A stretch of DNA of 64,000 nt from a virus. Taxonomy: Duplodnaviria > Caudoviricetes. This document shows positions 21,416 through 32,031 of the stretch, in pieces. Each line of letters begins with the position of its first letter. Within the stretch, counting starts at the first letter, position 1. The translations under genes and the position numbers were made by a program. The notes beneath the pieces are model-generated. The model worked only from the letters and a program-made list of their open reading frames with translations. It had not been told where the DNA came from and ran no database searches. The stretch is taken from positions 32,001-96,000 of IMG/VR virus record IMGVR_UViG_3300013426_000001, one strand, 5' to 3'.

Positions 21416-22324
21416 ATGTTGTATTTAAATTATGCAAAGCAGATGGAAAACGGATTCATTCTCAACTTCTTCGCCGATTCGGACGAAGATCTAAAAGAAG
21501 TTTCAGATGGAAGGGAGTTTGTAACGAAGAATGGCACAAATTATGGAGTTCCGCTGGCATCTTCAACTATTATCGTAACATATCCCGATAAAACCAAAAA
21601 GACATTTGTCTTGATGGAGAATGGTCAATGGAGAGAAGGCTTAACCGCACAAAGCAGCTTACTTGAGAATTTCTATGGTATTCCTTGTCAGTTAACGAAT
21701 TTATTTGCAGAAAACGAAGAGGATGGATATTATCACCTTAATCCTTATGGCAGATTTTTAGAGGACCCTTCTTGGGGAAATTGGTTTTTATCGAGTTATC
21801 CAGCGGAAAAGCGCAAGTTGTTAAAAGAGTTGGGTTTTAGGGTAGCTGAAATCTTGGTGACTCCAGAACTATTTGAAGATACTTGCAGATACAGAGCATT
21901 AAAAGAAGACAAAATGTATATACATACATTTTATGATTTGGCAGAGACACCGATATGGGAAGAAAAAGGCATTTCTGCCGCAACCCTCAAAGAACTTGCA
22001 TCTCGTCGTCAGGAAGAAGGGACCCTTATTAAATGGGACACGATTTCCTATGTTTGCAAAGTAGTAAAAGGCGTAACGACAAGAGGGGTACCCGTGGCCT
22101 GCGTAGTTAACGCCGATTGCACAAATACTTTTGAAGAATTAGCATATCTTACTTTTATGGGGAATTATGTTGATAGCGTTCTTGCCGAAAACTATGATAG
22201 TTTAAAGTTTTTGTATTCGTATTGGATTGAGGGAGATTCCGTTGCCGCCCCAATACTTTCGCTATCTCCGATAATTAAAGACGATCGGGTTAATAGTATA
22301 ATACATCAGGTGACGGAAATATAA
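21416..22324 (+). CDS. Hypothetical (probably virion) protein
   Basis: 302-aa ORF with AAGGAG RBS between TMP and tail-tip genes. Confidence 0.55.
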   Translation: MLYLNYAKQMENGFILNFFADSDEDLKEVSDGREFVTKNGTNYGVPLASSTIIVTYPDKTKKTFVLMENGQWREGLTAQSSLLENFYGIPCQLTNLFAENEEDGYYHLNPYGRFLEDPSWGNWFLSSYPAEKRKLLKELGFRVAEILVTPELFEDTCRYRALKEDKMYIHTFYDLAETPIWEEKGISAATLKELASRRQEEGTLIKWDTISYVCKVVKGVTTRGVPVACVVNADCTNTFEELAYLTFMGNYVDSVLAENYDSLKFLYSYWIEGDSVAAPILSLSPIIKDDRVNSIIHQVTEI

Positions 22325-22342
22325 TAAAAGACCACTTTTATT
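22323..22342. repeat. Junction palindrome AATAAAA-GACCAC-TTTTATT
   Basis: Perfect copy overlapping the stop of 21416..22324. Confidence 0.75.
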
Positions 22343-22470
22343 TAGCGACAAAAAAACGGTTTTTAATGCGTTTCCGTTTCAAAAACGCATTTCCATTAGT
22401 TTGGGTGTGGCGGTTGGGAAGAACTCCCCCCCCCCATAACTCAATTAAAAAAATCAGAGGAGGAAAAATT

Positions 22471-25400
22471 ATGGCGGTTTATAAACCGAGTAACTGCGTC
22501 CCGTTTTTATCTTGTTGGGACTTGACGCAAAACCAATACATCAGTTGCGAAATTAATACTTCAAACGAAACCGTGACTGGCTACAAAATCAAAATATTTG
22601 ACAACGACAACAATACGATTTTTGAAGGAACGGAATTTTCACAAATTCCCGAATCCGTTAACGTCGACACCGCAACGCAAAGTTATGTCGCAAGAAACAC
22701 AGGACTTAACGGTTCAACATTGACGCTTCCGTTGATTGTTACGAAAAGCGAAAACAGAAATGCAAACACAATCTACTACAACAATGGCTCTTGGTATGGC
22801 GGCACGACTACGACGGAAATAAACGACTTTTCCAACAATACAGCAAACCAACCTTATAAATGGCAAATTGTTTTAGCTCAAGGGCAAGCGGTAGTAGGCG
22901 GGGAACTCGTCCAAGAACCCGATGCGAAGTATTACGATATGGTAATCGATGAAGCAAAAATTCTCGGTTCGATTGGAAACCGCATTCAGAGCTGGTTGTC
23001 AGAAAATATATACAAAGATTATTACATTCAACTATACGACGTCGTTGATACGGCGCAAGGGCAGAAAATCTGGAATCAACTCGGTGTGCGAACCCGTATT
23101 TCGAGTTACGACCATTCCTATGGTTTTATATATCCGCAAGAAAATACGCTTTCGCAAGAATTGGTTGACGAAGCGAATTATTTCAAAATTTTCAAAGACA
23201 CAAATGACCCGCAATACGTTTCGACGGCGAGATTGGTAAACTATAGGCTTGAAACCGATATAAACAATGTTGAACTTGGAGGCAACACCCCTTTAGATAC
23301 AGGTAAATTCGGGCCGTCTGGAGCCGTTGATGTGGTAACCAACCCATATTTTACCCAAGTTTACAACGGAGACGTAACCAGCGAGATTACTTACAATGCT
23401 TATTTTGGCCCAGGGGCATCTACCAATCTGCTTGCACAAGGTACTACGTTATTGCTTATGTATCAAGGCGGAAACGGCACAGAACCAACTTACCATCCTT
23501 ACAATGGCGTTTTTGCCTTCCAATCAGCGGTATTTGAAAATGATAAAACCACAATTACTTGGCTACGTCCTGCTAACTTCAATACTTATGCGAACTTCCT
23601 TAATCGATTGATTTGTGTTCAGAATGAATCTAAAAACTACAGCACGAGCGCGACGGCAGAAAACCTCGGCACAATAAATAAAACTGAATTGATGTTTTAT
23701 GATGAAACCGCGATAGGTTTATACCCCGTTTACGAAGGCGAAACGAAAACTCTGAAAGTCGCGGAGGTCACACTTGTCAATTCTGAAATAGGAAAACCGC
23801 AAGATTTTAGCGGTGGTATTATCTCGTCGGTAAAGGTAAAAACTCAACCAGCGGGAGCGACCTTGGTTGCGACTTATCTTGGCAGCAACAAATATATCGT
23901 TAAGATAACGCAGGGTTCGTATTCGGGCGACGTGAAAGTGGATATCACCTATATGCAAGATTATGGCCCAGTATTCAAAAATGAAAAAGGGAAAGCTTAT
24001 ATTCGCCCGTTCATCGGAATTCACGCAGGAGATAAGCTCTTTTATGGCAATAAATTCCAAAATAATGTAACGATAAAAAGTATCGATAATGAGCCTAATT
24101 CGGAGAATAAATATAATCCGACTTGGTATGCAACATACGACGGTAATGAAATTTTCTCAGTTGATGATAAATACTCAATTCGTTCGTTCTTCAAAACAAG
24201 TGATGAAAACCCGTTTTACGCGAAACCAAGCCCAGAGCTTATAATCGATAGTAAACAATGGGAGAGCGAGGGCGACGTTTATAAAACCGAAGAAGGACTC
24301 AAAATCGGCACAAAGCGTTATATAACCGTTAGCGGGACTTTTAACAACCGCAATTGGGTAAATTACCAGTGGTTTTTGACCGATTTGCAAACGGGCTACG
24401 TCCAACAATCCGAGAAAATATATCGCGGATCGACCGAATATACTTTTTACGGGCTTGAAAATGGGCATTATTATCTCATTCAGTGGGTAGTTGAAGATGA
24501 ATACGGTGTTATATGGACAACGCCTGATGACGGGAATATTTTCGCTACCAAAGTAATCATAAATGCGACAGAATTCCCGTTCGACGTAACCTATGAATGC
24601 GAGACTCAGTCGGTTCTTATCAACTTTGTTCGAGACGGTGTGGTAATCCCGAACCCTTCGCGAATTGAAATGCTTTATTATTACGTTTATCCCGTTGATG
24701 AAAACGGGCAACAAATAATTGGGCAGGAACGAGTTCCTTATAAAGTTTATATTGATAAAGAAGAGACGACATACGGGCACTATATGGTTAGCGGCGATTC
24801 AATAGACGGTGAATCGGGAGTAGTACAACAACTTCCTTACACCGTCACTTATGAAGATGGATATATGACTTTAACCGATATTGACGAAGGTAAAGAACTT
24901 CCGCCTGAACAAGCCGCTCTTATGGAATACACGCAAACTAAACTCGGCGAAACTGCAACGGAGCGCGGTTCGATATCGGCTCCAACAACAGAGGATTGTG
25001 TGTTCAATTCGGAACATATTTTGGCGGAGAATTTTTGCGGTAATATAATAACCTATAATGTCGATGTTGATGATGTAAATTATCAAGCCGCTCACATAGA
25101 GTTAACGCTTACCGCCCCGTTGCCTTGGATGCAAACCGAAGACGGAGAATATATCGCCAATGATAAACGTAATGGCATTGTTTTGAGCGTAAAGAAAAAA
25201 ATCGGTAACTTAAACGCCGAAGTGGCTAACGTTCCGCTTAAAGTATATAGAAAGAACGCGGATGGCGAATGGAAAAAAGATAACGAAAACGGAGTATGGC
25301 AACCCGACAATCGGATTGCTTCCGCATTTATAAAAGGAGACACTCCGACAAACCCGACAAAAGTCGATTATCTAATGACGACGCACCCATATGTTGTTGA

Positions 25401-25884
25401 TGAAACACATAACAACACACAAGAGTCTAATTGGTGGAATATTAACGAAGAGGGCGCGTGGAATAGTACGGGTAAAATTTCTCTTCCGTTGTCTCCTGCA
25501 AGTGCTGCTCAAAAGGCAGACTCGCAGTTCAGCATTTGGTCGGATAAAGAATTGAAACAAATTAATCAAACTACGGTCGATGGTAAAAGCAGCGATCCGA
25601 TTAACGTTTATACGGGTGATTATAATTATTGGCACGACAAAGACAGCAATGGTAATTATAATTATTGGCACGACAGAAATGACGCGAGCGCAGAATTATA
25701 TAGGCAGACACTTACAACTAAATATACGGGTAGACAAAATATTAAAAAATACCAAATGACGTTCAGTATAAAATTCGCTAATTACAATAACCCAAATTTG
25801 AATTCTGGTACGGCTATTGCGAGTAATATCGATGCGAGAGTGTTTATACAGGATGCTCCCGAAGAAACACAAGGAGGTAATTAA
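22471..25884 (+). CDS. Large tail-tip/baseplate protein
   Basis: Start MAVYKP at 22471 behind GGAGG; beta-rich, Fn3-like segment (YTFYGLENGHYY); position downstream of TMP. Confidence 0.6.
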   Translation: MAVYKPSNCVPFLSCWDLTQNQYISCEINTSNETVTGYKIKIFDNDNNTIFEGTEFSQIPESVNVDTATQSYVARNTGLNGSTLTLPLIVTKSENRNANTIYYNNGSWYGGTTTTEINDFSNNTANQPYKWQIVLAQGQAVVGGELVQEPDAKYYDMVIDEAKILGSIGNRIQSWLSENIYKDYYIQLYDVVDTAQGQKIWNQLGVRTRISSYDHSYGFIYPQENTLSQELVDEANYFKIFKDTNDPQYVSTARLVNYRLETDINNVELGGNTPLDTGKFGPSGAVDVVTNPYFTQVYNGDVTSEITYNAYFGPGASTNLLAQGTTLLLMYQGGNGTEPTYHPYNGVFAFQSAVFENDKTTITWLRPANFNTYANFLNRLICVQNESKNYSTSATAENLGTINKTELMFYDETAIGLYPVYEGETKTLKVAEVTLVNSEIGKPQDFSGGIISSVKVKTQPAGATLVATYLGSNKYIVKITQGSYSGDVKVDITYMQDYGPVFKNEKGKAYIRPFIGIHAGDKLFYGNKFQNNVTIKSIDNEPNSENKYNPTWYATYDGNEIFSVDDKYSIRSFFKTSDENPFYAKPSPELIIDSKQWESEGDVYKTEEGLKIGTKRYITVSGTFNNRNWVNYQWFLTDLQTGYVQQSEKIYRGSTEYTFYGLENGHYYLIQWVVEDEYGVIWTTPDDGNIFATKVIINATEFPFDVTYECETQSVLINFVRDGVVIPNPSRIEMLYYYVYPVDENGQQIIGQERVPYKVYIDKEETTYGHYMVSGDSIDGESGVVQQLPYTVTYEDGYMTLTDIDEGKELPPEQAALMEYTQTKLGETATERGSISAPTTEDCVFNSEHILAENFCGNIITYNVDVDDVNYQAAHIELTLTAPLPWMQTEDGEYIANDKRNGIVLSVKKKIGNLNAEVANVPLKVYRKNADGEWKKDNENGVWQPDNRIASAFIKGDTPTNPTKVDYLMTTHPYVVDETHNNTQESNWWNINEEGAWNSTGKISLPLSPASAAQKADSQFSIWSDKELKQINQTTVDGKSSDPINVYTGDYNYWHDKDSNGNYNYWHDRNDASAELYRQTLTTKYTGRQNIKKYQMTFSIKFANYNNPNLNSGTAIASNIDARVFIQDAPEETQGGN

Positions 25885-25886
25885 AA

Positions 25887-26966
25887 ATGGGAAAATCGAT
25901 GAAAATATATGTTTCGCAGTACAATAAAGAAAATGCCCCGTTTGAAAATTATCTCGGACAACGGGTAAATTTCATAAACGTGCTCAACGTTTCGGACGAG
26001 GTTAAAGCGGACGGGGTTTTATCAGCTTTCGACGATAAACCCACTCCGCCTACAAGGTTACCTTATTCCGTTGACGATGTTGAGGATAAGGCAGCATGTC
26101 TTCTCAACTATCAAACCGAGAAAAGTGCGACGCGTGAATATCAAGCCGAACAAGGCTTTTCACCAATGCGATCTAGTAACGACACATCGGTTTCGTCGGT
26201 GTTTAAGCAAGAAATCACACAGACGGGAACCGATACAGACGGGAACCCGATTTACGAACCGCTTACTCGTCTTATGCCAGTTGACACAGAAATTACAAAT
26301 TTCAAATTCCGTGACTTTAACGTTTCGAACAACAGGACTTATCGTTACACGCTTTATCCTTTCGATAAAATGACCGATGAAGTTTTGACCAAATTGCAAA
26401 AGGCGACAGTCGAGCCAATTATAACGAGTTGGCAAGGTTGGAGCATAACAGAGCTTCATCCCGTCGATAGCACAAATAAGAAATTCACGGCAACACCAGA
26501 CGACGTTTGGGTATTTAATCTCAATGTCGATACGGGCGAGCAATCGCAAAATATTTCTCGACAAGAGCAGCAAACCCTTGGACAATTCAATCGTTATTCA
26601 CAAGGCCGAATGAATTACGTCGCGGGCTCGGTTTCGTGCCTTCTCGGAAGTGAAGTTTTCCCCGCGAGTTATATTCTCAAAAACGGCAAAACCGTCAACG
26701 AGGGCGGTTATCAAGAAATTCGTAAAAACGATAAAATGCCAAGTTCGAATCAGCGCGTTGATATGCTTTTAGCATGGCGCAAAGTTGTTATGTCTTCGAA
26801 TCCGAAATTACTCAAAGACCGTGAAGGCCAATCTTTTCTCGTTACTCTTTCGAGCGCGACTAATAAACCAATGGACGCGGTTTATAGACAACCTAACACA
26901 ATCAGTTTCACATGGACGCAAATTGGCAACGCCGAAGACGTCCAAATAGTAGATATTAACGCATAA
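25887..26966 (+). CDS. Distal tail/baseplate hub-like protein
   Basis: DFNVSNNRTYRYTLYP; KLLKDREGQSFLV...TISFTWTQIG; tail module context. Confidence 0.55.
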   Translation: MGKSMKIYVSQYNKENAPFENYLGQRVNFINVLNVSDEVKADGVLSAFDDKPTPPTRLPYSVDDVEDKAACLLNYQTEKSATREYQAEQGFSPMRSSNDTSVSSVFKQEITQTGTDTDGNPIYEPLTRLMPVDTEITNFKFRDFNVSNNRTYRYTLYPFDKMTDEVLTKLQKATVEPIITSWQGWSITELHPVDSTNKKFTATPDDVWVFNLNVDTGEQSQNISRQEQQTLGQFNRYSQGRMNYVAGSVSCLLGSEVFPASYILKNGKTVNEGGYQEIRKNDKMPSSNQRVDMLLAWRKVVMSSNPKLLKDREGQSFLVTLSSATNKPMDAVYRQPNTISFTWTQIGNAEDVQIVDINA

Positions 26967-26980
26967 GGAGGCGGAGTAAA

Positions 26981-28219
26981 ATGTATAAAACTAAAAATAC
27001 GGCAAGCGGCGATATACTCTCGTATTACTCCGCCGACACCGCCGCAAATTACCCGATAGAACGAATAAAACAAGAGATTGACAATTCGCCAGTCATAAAT
27101 CCACGTTACAGATTACACATTCTTAATGCTGATGAAACGGTTAAGGAAGATATCCCCGAAGACGATATTATTTTGGGTGGATCGTATAGCGAAAATTATC
27201 AAAACGGGCAGCGTAGAAGTTTGTCTTTTTCATTATATAACTTTCACAAAAAATACACACCTTCGATAAATGGTTTGTGGACAGGCGTGAAACTCAACCT
27301 TGAATTAGGGCTTCAGATAGATGGAGCAGTTGTTTGGTTCCCGAAGGGTACTTATGCAATAACGAGTATAACTTCGTCGCATAAACAAGGAGAAACTAAC
27401 GTTTCGGTGGAAGCCAGTGATAAATTCTCGATTCTCGAGGGTGCAGATGGATTGCTTGACACTTCTTATACAATCCCAGTCGGCTCGGAAATCCACGAAG
27501 TTATACGTGATTTGTTGAAAACTCCAAAAGGTAACGGAGAACCGCTTGACCCGCTTGACATTATTTACCATAGCGCATTCAAAGGCAAGACGACGCAAGC
27601 AACGATAACCAAAGAAACGGGCGACACGGTTGGTTCGATAATTCTCGATTTGGCGACACAGCTTAACGCCGAAGTGTTTTATGATATAGAAGGGCACCTG
27701 AATATTATTCCGATAAATTCGGTTACGGACGACGAGGATAAGACGATTATATATCATTTTTATGATGAAATCGGTGGCATTGAGGGTTTAGATTTATCAT
27801 TTGATTTGAGCGGTGTTGTCAACCGTGTTATCGTTATTGGCTCGACCAGTAACAGTGAGACTTATCGTGCGATTGCAGTCAACGATAACCCAGGCTCTCC
27901 GTTATGTTATCAACGAATTGGTTATAGAACCGCCAGCCCCATAAGCGATAGCAATATTACGTCGCAGGTTTTAGCGCAAGAAAGAGCGGATTATGAATTA
28001 CGGCAGAAGCTTATTTTAAAGTCGTCGTCAACGGTTACGGTTAGATATAACCCGTTACTTCTTGTTAACAATCTCATCACAATTACGGATGATTTTTACG
28101 GGCTTAATCAGGTGCGTTTTTTAGTACAGGGAATCTCAATGGCGTTGGATTATAGCGGTGCGATGAGTTTAACAATTTCGAATATACAGAACTTTACGTT
28201 CTTAACTACGGGTAGGTGA
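26981..28219 (+). CDS. Baseplate hub/tail-associated (Tal-like) protein
   Basis: RRSLSFSL...FPKGTYAI...EVFYDIEGHL...NRVIVIG...LAQERADYEL pattern of phage hub proteins. Confidence 0.6.
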   Translation: MYKTKNTASGDILSYYSADTAANYPIERIKQEIDNSPVINPRYRLHILNADETVKEDIPEDDIILGGSYSENYQNGQRRSLSFSLYNFHKKYTPSINGLWTGVKLNLELGLQIDGAVVWFPKGTYAITSITSSHKQGETNVSVEASDKFSILEGADGLLDTSYTIPVGSEIHEVIRDLLKTPKGNGEPLDPLDIIYHSAFKGKTTQATITKETGDTVGSIILDLATQLNAEVFYDIEGHLNIIPINSVTDDEDKTIIYHFYDEIGGIEGLDLSFDLSGVVNRVIVIGSTSNSETYRAIAVNDNPGSPLCYQRIGYRTASPISDSNITSQVLAQERADYELRQKLILKSSSTVTVRYNPLLLVNNLITITDDFYGLNQVRFLVQGISMALDYSGAMSLTISNIQNFTFLTTGR

Positions 28220-28506
28220 TTATTATGACGACAAATGCAGAACAATTAGTAGACTTAATCCGTGAAATCGTGCGTGAAGAAGTTAAAAAGCAAGATAGCA
28301 CCGTGCCTTGTATAGTCGATTCGGTGAATGATGACGGGACGGTTAATTTGTGCATTTTACCCGACCTTGACACGGTAGTTAACCGAATACTTAATCCCAA
28401 TCACATTGATTGTCGAGAAGGCGACACGGTTTTATTGTATAAGGTTAAGAATCAAATAAATAACTCTTTTATAATTATTAATTATTCTAGGAGAAATAGT
28501 AATTAA
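28216..28506 (+). CDS. Small baseplate/spike-like protein
   Basis: PCIVDSVNDDGTVN...EGDTVLL OB-fold-like; last gene before the terminator. Confidence 0.45.
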   Translation: MIIMTTNAEQLVDLIREIVREEVKKQDSTVPCIVDSVNDDGTVNLCILPDLDTVVNRILNPNHIDCREGDTVLLYKVKNQINNSFIIINYSRRNSN

Positions 28507-28572
28507 ATAAGTAAAGAATTGTAGAAATATATGTAGAAAAGTAAAGAAAAGAATAGTTAATAATTTTCAGAT

Positions 28573-28617
28573 AAAGGAATATTGGATTTTAACAGATTTC
28601 CAGTATTCCTTTTTTTT
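28573..28617 (+). terminator. Rho-independent terminator ending the structural module
   Basis: AAAGGAATATTGGA...TCCAGTATTCCTTT followed by T-run. Confidence 0.8.
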
Positions 28618-28650
28618 ATCCAATTTTTTCAGAAAAGTCTGCTCAAACGC

Positions 28651-28679
28651 TTGACAAATGGTTTTCGACGTGTTATAAT
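28651..28679 (+). promoter_or_regulatory. sigmaA/sigma70 promoter P1
   Basis: TTGACA-N17-TATAAT with extended TGn. Confidence 0.85.
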
Positions 28680-28710
28680 AACGGCGAAGAATGAATTTGG
28701 AGGTTGAGTT

Positions 28711-29028
28711 ATGGCTAAAGAAAGGCTTAACACAATGGCAGTCAAAGTGGAAGAAATTCTCAAAAATAAAGCGAAAGCTCGTGACGACGATAACGTGTTA
28801 TACGCGTACTTTCTGAATTCGCTTGGTGTTTCGGTTCGTAAAACGTCGTTTTGGGAAATTACGCGCCGCGTAGTAAATGGCGATTTGCCGTCAATAGAAA
28901 GTGTTGGACGCGTTCGTCGCAAGGTGCAAGAGCTCAATCCCGAACTCATAGGCACGGCAGAAAAGAGAAAAATAAGGTATAAAGCGATTGACGATTACAA
29001 GGAATTCGCTCGCCAAAAGGAGATATAA
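28711..29028 (+). CDS. Hypothetical protein (possible DNA-binding)
   Basis: GGAGG RBS; ARDDDNVLY...LPSIESVGRVRRKVQE. Confidence 0.6.
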   Translation: MAKERLNTMAVKVEEILKNKAKARDDDNVLYAYFLNSLGVSVRKTSFWEITRRVVNGDLPSIESVGRVRRKVQELNPELIGTAEKRKIRYKAIDDYKEFARQKEI

Positions 29029-29029
29029 C

Positions 29030-29395
29030 ATGGAAGAAAAAGAAGTTTTCAAAGTTCCACCGAAGGAAGTTCAGCAGGCGGTTATCGACCGCGTTTTAAT
29101 GCGTTTAGAGGCAAGAAGGTCGAGTTTCACTCGCGAAGACGTAATCGGTTTTGCGAAAGAGGCGCAGATTCCGACTGTATACGCAGAGATGGTTAGTCCT
29201 GCTGTTATAGAGGATTTGGGTGGCAGAATTTTTTCGCGCTTGCTCGTAAATGGAATGCTCATTCCAGTAAAAGGAACCAACTATTATAGGAAAATCACCG
29301 AAGAAGAAATGCAGGCGGCAGAGAAGGCTTATTTGGCGGCGCAAGAAGAGACAAAGCAGGAGGTGCAAAATGGCGAAACAACCGTACTTAACTAA
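29030..29395 (+). CDS. Hypothetical protein
   Basis: ATG 29030 behind AAGGAG. Confidence 0.55.
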   Translation: MEEKEVFKVPPKEVQQAVIDRVLMRLEARRSSFTREDVIGFAKEAQIPTVYAEMVSPAVIEDLGGRIFSRLLVNGMLIPVKGTNYYRKITEEEMQAAEKAYLAAQEETKQEVQNGETTVLN

Positions 29396-29726
29396 AGAGC
29401 AGTTTGTAGAATATGTCGGGCATATAAAAGCGACGTGTGACAAAGACGATATGTTGTCGGAAGCAGTAGAGAAAGCGTGTAACGATGATTGTCGAGTAAT
29501 CGGCTTATATGGCGCCGAATGTTCTGTTATGGTCGATTTGCTTTCGCTCGCAATGGGTCTGGAAGTCGGGACTTGCAGCGGGAACGAGATTGAGTATTTC
29601 ATATACGACCTGAATTTTGGGAAAGATTACGCAGAAGGTTGTCTTACCGAAATGGACGGGACACCAATAGATATTTCAACAGCAGAAAAGTTATACGACT
29701 ACATTGCGTCGGAGGTAGAGGAATGA
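29370..29726 (+). CDS. Hypothetical phage protein
   Basis: GGAGG RBS; IEYFIYDLNFGK...IDISTAEKLYDYI common phage motif. Confidence 0.6.
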   Translation: MAKQPYLTKEQFVEYVGHIKATCDKDDMLSEAVEKACNDDCRVIGLYGAECSVMVDLLSLAMGLEVGTCSGNEIEYFIYDLNFGKDYAEGCLTEMDGTPIDISTAEKLYDYIASEVEE

Positions 29727-30088
29727 TTACAATGTATGACACACCTAAAAGGGTCAGACTTACCGACTTGTTCCCTGATTCGGGACGTAAGTATTATATT
29801 CAGAAATTCGAATACGGCGATTTTGAAAATTGGGTAACGGCGGTTATATATGAAACGAGCCTCGTCATAAATGATTACTCTCTTAATTCGAGGGTGGTAA
29901 AAGACGGGAAATATTCGGCGTATTTGGCGACGACGTTTATTCCGATTGACGAAGCCGAAAAAATGGGTGGCAATTTCACAAATAGCAATCGCAAATTTGT
30001 CGGTTGCGGAAACGACTTGAAAATAAGTAAACTCGAAGATTTAACCGATTTCGAAGTGGTGGTAGACGGAGAATGGACGAGAGGCTGA
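29723..30088 (+). CDS. Hypothetical protein
   Basis: ATGA overlap with upstream stop, RBS present. Confidence 0.5.
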   Translation: MITMYDTPKRVRLTDLFPDSGRKYYIQKFEYGDFENWVTAVIYETSLVINDYSLNSRVVKDGKYSAYLATTFIPIDEAEKMGGNFTNSNRKFVGCGNDLKISKLEDLTDFEVVVDGEWTRG

Positions 30089-30089
30089 A

Positions 30090-31136
30090 ATGCTCAAAGA
30101 CATCAAAGAAAAACTCATAACTAACGCCGACGCGCTTATCGAACTGCTCGAAGAATTTGGGTTTGAAAAAATTACTCCGCGAGTAAGTGAAATTCGATGT
30201 GCTCGAGATGCAGATGGTGGCGGGAATAATATTCAAATCCGCTTGACTGATAACGACGGCGTGATGGTTACGGATTACGCACGCGGCACGCACAGCGATA
30301 TTATCCAATTCATTATGGAGCAGCGCGGCGTCGATTTCCGCACGGTTGTTGGGAAAATTCAGAAAATTCTTGGATTATCAGATGATTGGGTGAGGCAGAA
30401 ACAATTACCATTATTTGGCGGGTTTTATAATCAAATCGGACGAAAGAACGCGGAAGTCGAAGTAAAGACTTATCCAGAAAGCGTGCTCGATCAATACGAT
30501 ATGATACCAAATGAACGCTGGATAAAAGACGGGATTACGATTGAAGCACAGCGGTTTTATAATGTTGGATATGATGTTGAAAGTCAAAGGATAATTTTCC
30601 CAATTAGAAGCGCGGAAAGTGGGATTATTCAAGGAATTAAGGCGCGCGCGAATTTTGATGATATTGATGAATATACTCCAAAGTATATTTACGTTTTACC
30701 AACCCCGATGTCGACAACGCTTTTCAATTATTCGGAAAGTTACGGAGATTTATACGGGAACGAAGTTTGGGTTGTAGAGTCAGAGAAAAGTGCCATGATC
30801 TCATATGGGTTTGGCGTGAAAAATATCGTCGCACTCGGTTCGCACTCGTTGTCCGAAAAGCAGGCGCAGTTAATTTTGCAGCTTAACCCGAAACGAGTGA
30901 TCATGGCGCTCGATGAAGGATTGGATTTCGAGGCGACCGAAACGAACCTTAAATTATTGAAATCGTTTTCAGCATTGCGCGATCTTGAACTCTGGTATTG
31001 GGACACGACACTCGACCCGATGATTAAAGGGACGAAATGTGGACCGTGTGATAACGGCGTAGAATATTTCGAAAAGGTTAAAAATGAGCAATTAAAGAGG
31101 TGGGAAAATGACAAAAAGAAAGTTGAAGAAATTTAA
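30090..31136 (+). CDS. DNA primase (TOPRIM)
   Basis: RIIFPIR...GIKAR...KYIY; TOPRIM VWVVESEKSAM, ALGSHSLS, MALDEG. Confidence 0.85.
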   Translation: MLKDIKEKLITNADALIELLEEFGFEKITPRVSEIRCARDADGGGNNIQIRLTDNDGVMVTDYARGTHSDIIQFIMEQRGVDFRTVVGKIQKILGLSDDWVRQKQLPLFGGFYNQIGRKNAEVEVKTYPESVLDQYDMIPNERWIKDGITIEAQRFYNVGYDVESQRIIFPIRSAESGIIQGIKARANFDDIDEYTPKYIYVLPTPMSTTLFNYSESYGDLYGNEVWVVESEKSAMISYGFGVKNIVALGSHSLSEKQAQLILQLNPKRVIMALDEGLDFEATETNLKLLKSFSALRDLELWYWDTTLDPMIKGTKCGPCDNGVEYFEKVKNEQLKRWENDKKKVEEI

Positions 31137-31542
31137 AGGTTTTCACAATTTATCGGCTGGGCTTTTCGGTTATCGTGGCTGGCATTGGTATAAAAACATT
31201 GGCGATTTCTGGCTCTTAATTAAACGCGCATCTTTCGCTTTAAACCACGGTTACGCGCCGCAAGCGTTATGGGAAACTGATGGTTGGTTTATTGGCGTTA
31301 TGCGGGAAGTTTTAACGAATTATCGCGACAATCGTATCTTTGTCGGGTTTTTCGAAACTGAAACCGAAACCACTGAAGAGAATGAACAAAAGACCAATGA
31401 GATGCTCGACCATATGATAGGGCTGCTCGACAAAATGGAACTCGATACCATAAAAGACGAGGAAACGGCGAAAGAATCAGATGCAGCGAAAGAGGAGTTT
31501 TTCGCCCTATTCAGTAAGTATTTTCATTATTTTTGGGAGTAA
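31108..31542 (+). CDS. Hypothetical protein
   Basis: GAGGTGG RBS; coupled ORF. Confidence 0.55.
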   Translation: MTKRKLKKFKGFHNLSAGLFGYRGWHWYKNIGDFWLLIKRASFALNHGYAPQALWETDGWFIGVMREVLTNYRDNRIFVGFFETETETTEENEQKTNEMLDHMIGLLDKMELDTIKDEETAKESDAAKEEFFALFSKYFHYFWE

Positions 31543-31544
31543 AA

Positions 31545-31775
31545 ATGGATAAGATCTTGAAAACAGAAATTAAATTATGCCCTTGTTGTATGGAAACACA
31601 TGAAGTAAAAACGGTTAAAACTCGCGTTATAGAACATTATAAAGGCAAAATAATTCGGTACGATGCGATATGCTATTATTGCGCGAATGCGGACGAATAT
31701 TACGAAGACGAAGATATGATGAAAGAAAATCACGAAAAAATGGAGGAAATCTATGAAAACAGCAAAAGTGTATAA
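31545..31775 (+). CDS. Small zinc-ribbon protein (YgiT/MqsA-like)
   Basis: CPCC...CYYC. Confidence 0.5.
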   Translation: MDKILKTEIKLCPCCMETHEVKTVKTRVIEHYKGKIIRYDAICYYCANADEYYEDEDMMKENHEKMEEIYENSKSV

Positions 31776-32031
31776 ATATAACGGAATTATGTATAGTAAT
31801 TCGCCCAAGCTGAATTATCTAAGCAGTTGTTCTTTGCTTCGCTTATTAGAGAACGAAGAAAAGGTAATGTCGGTTTTGGATTATGGCAGAAACGATCGCC
31901 TTGTCGAGTATTACTATCTACCTAAAGATTACGAAAGCGGATTTGTAAACTACCAAATCGAAGATTGGGAAGAATTTTTTGACAGATTTGCGGATAAACT
32001 TAAGATAGAAATCGTAGAGGTCAAGATATGA
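31753..32031 (+). CDS. Hypothetical protein
   Basis: GGAGG RBS. Confidence 0.5.
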   Translation: MKTAKVYKYNGIMYSNSPKLNYLSSCSLLRLLENEEKVMSVLDYGRNDRLVEYYYLPKDYESGFVNYQIEDWEEFFDRFADKLKIEIVEVKI

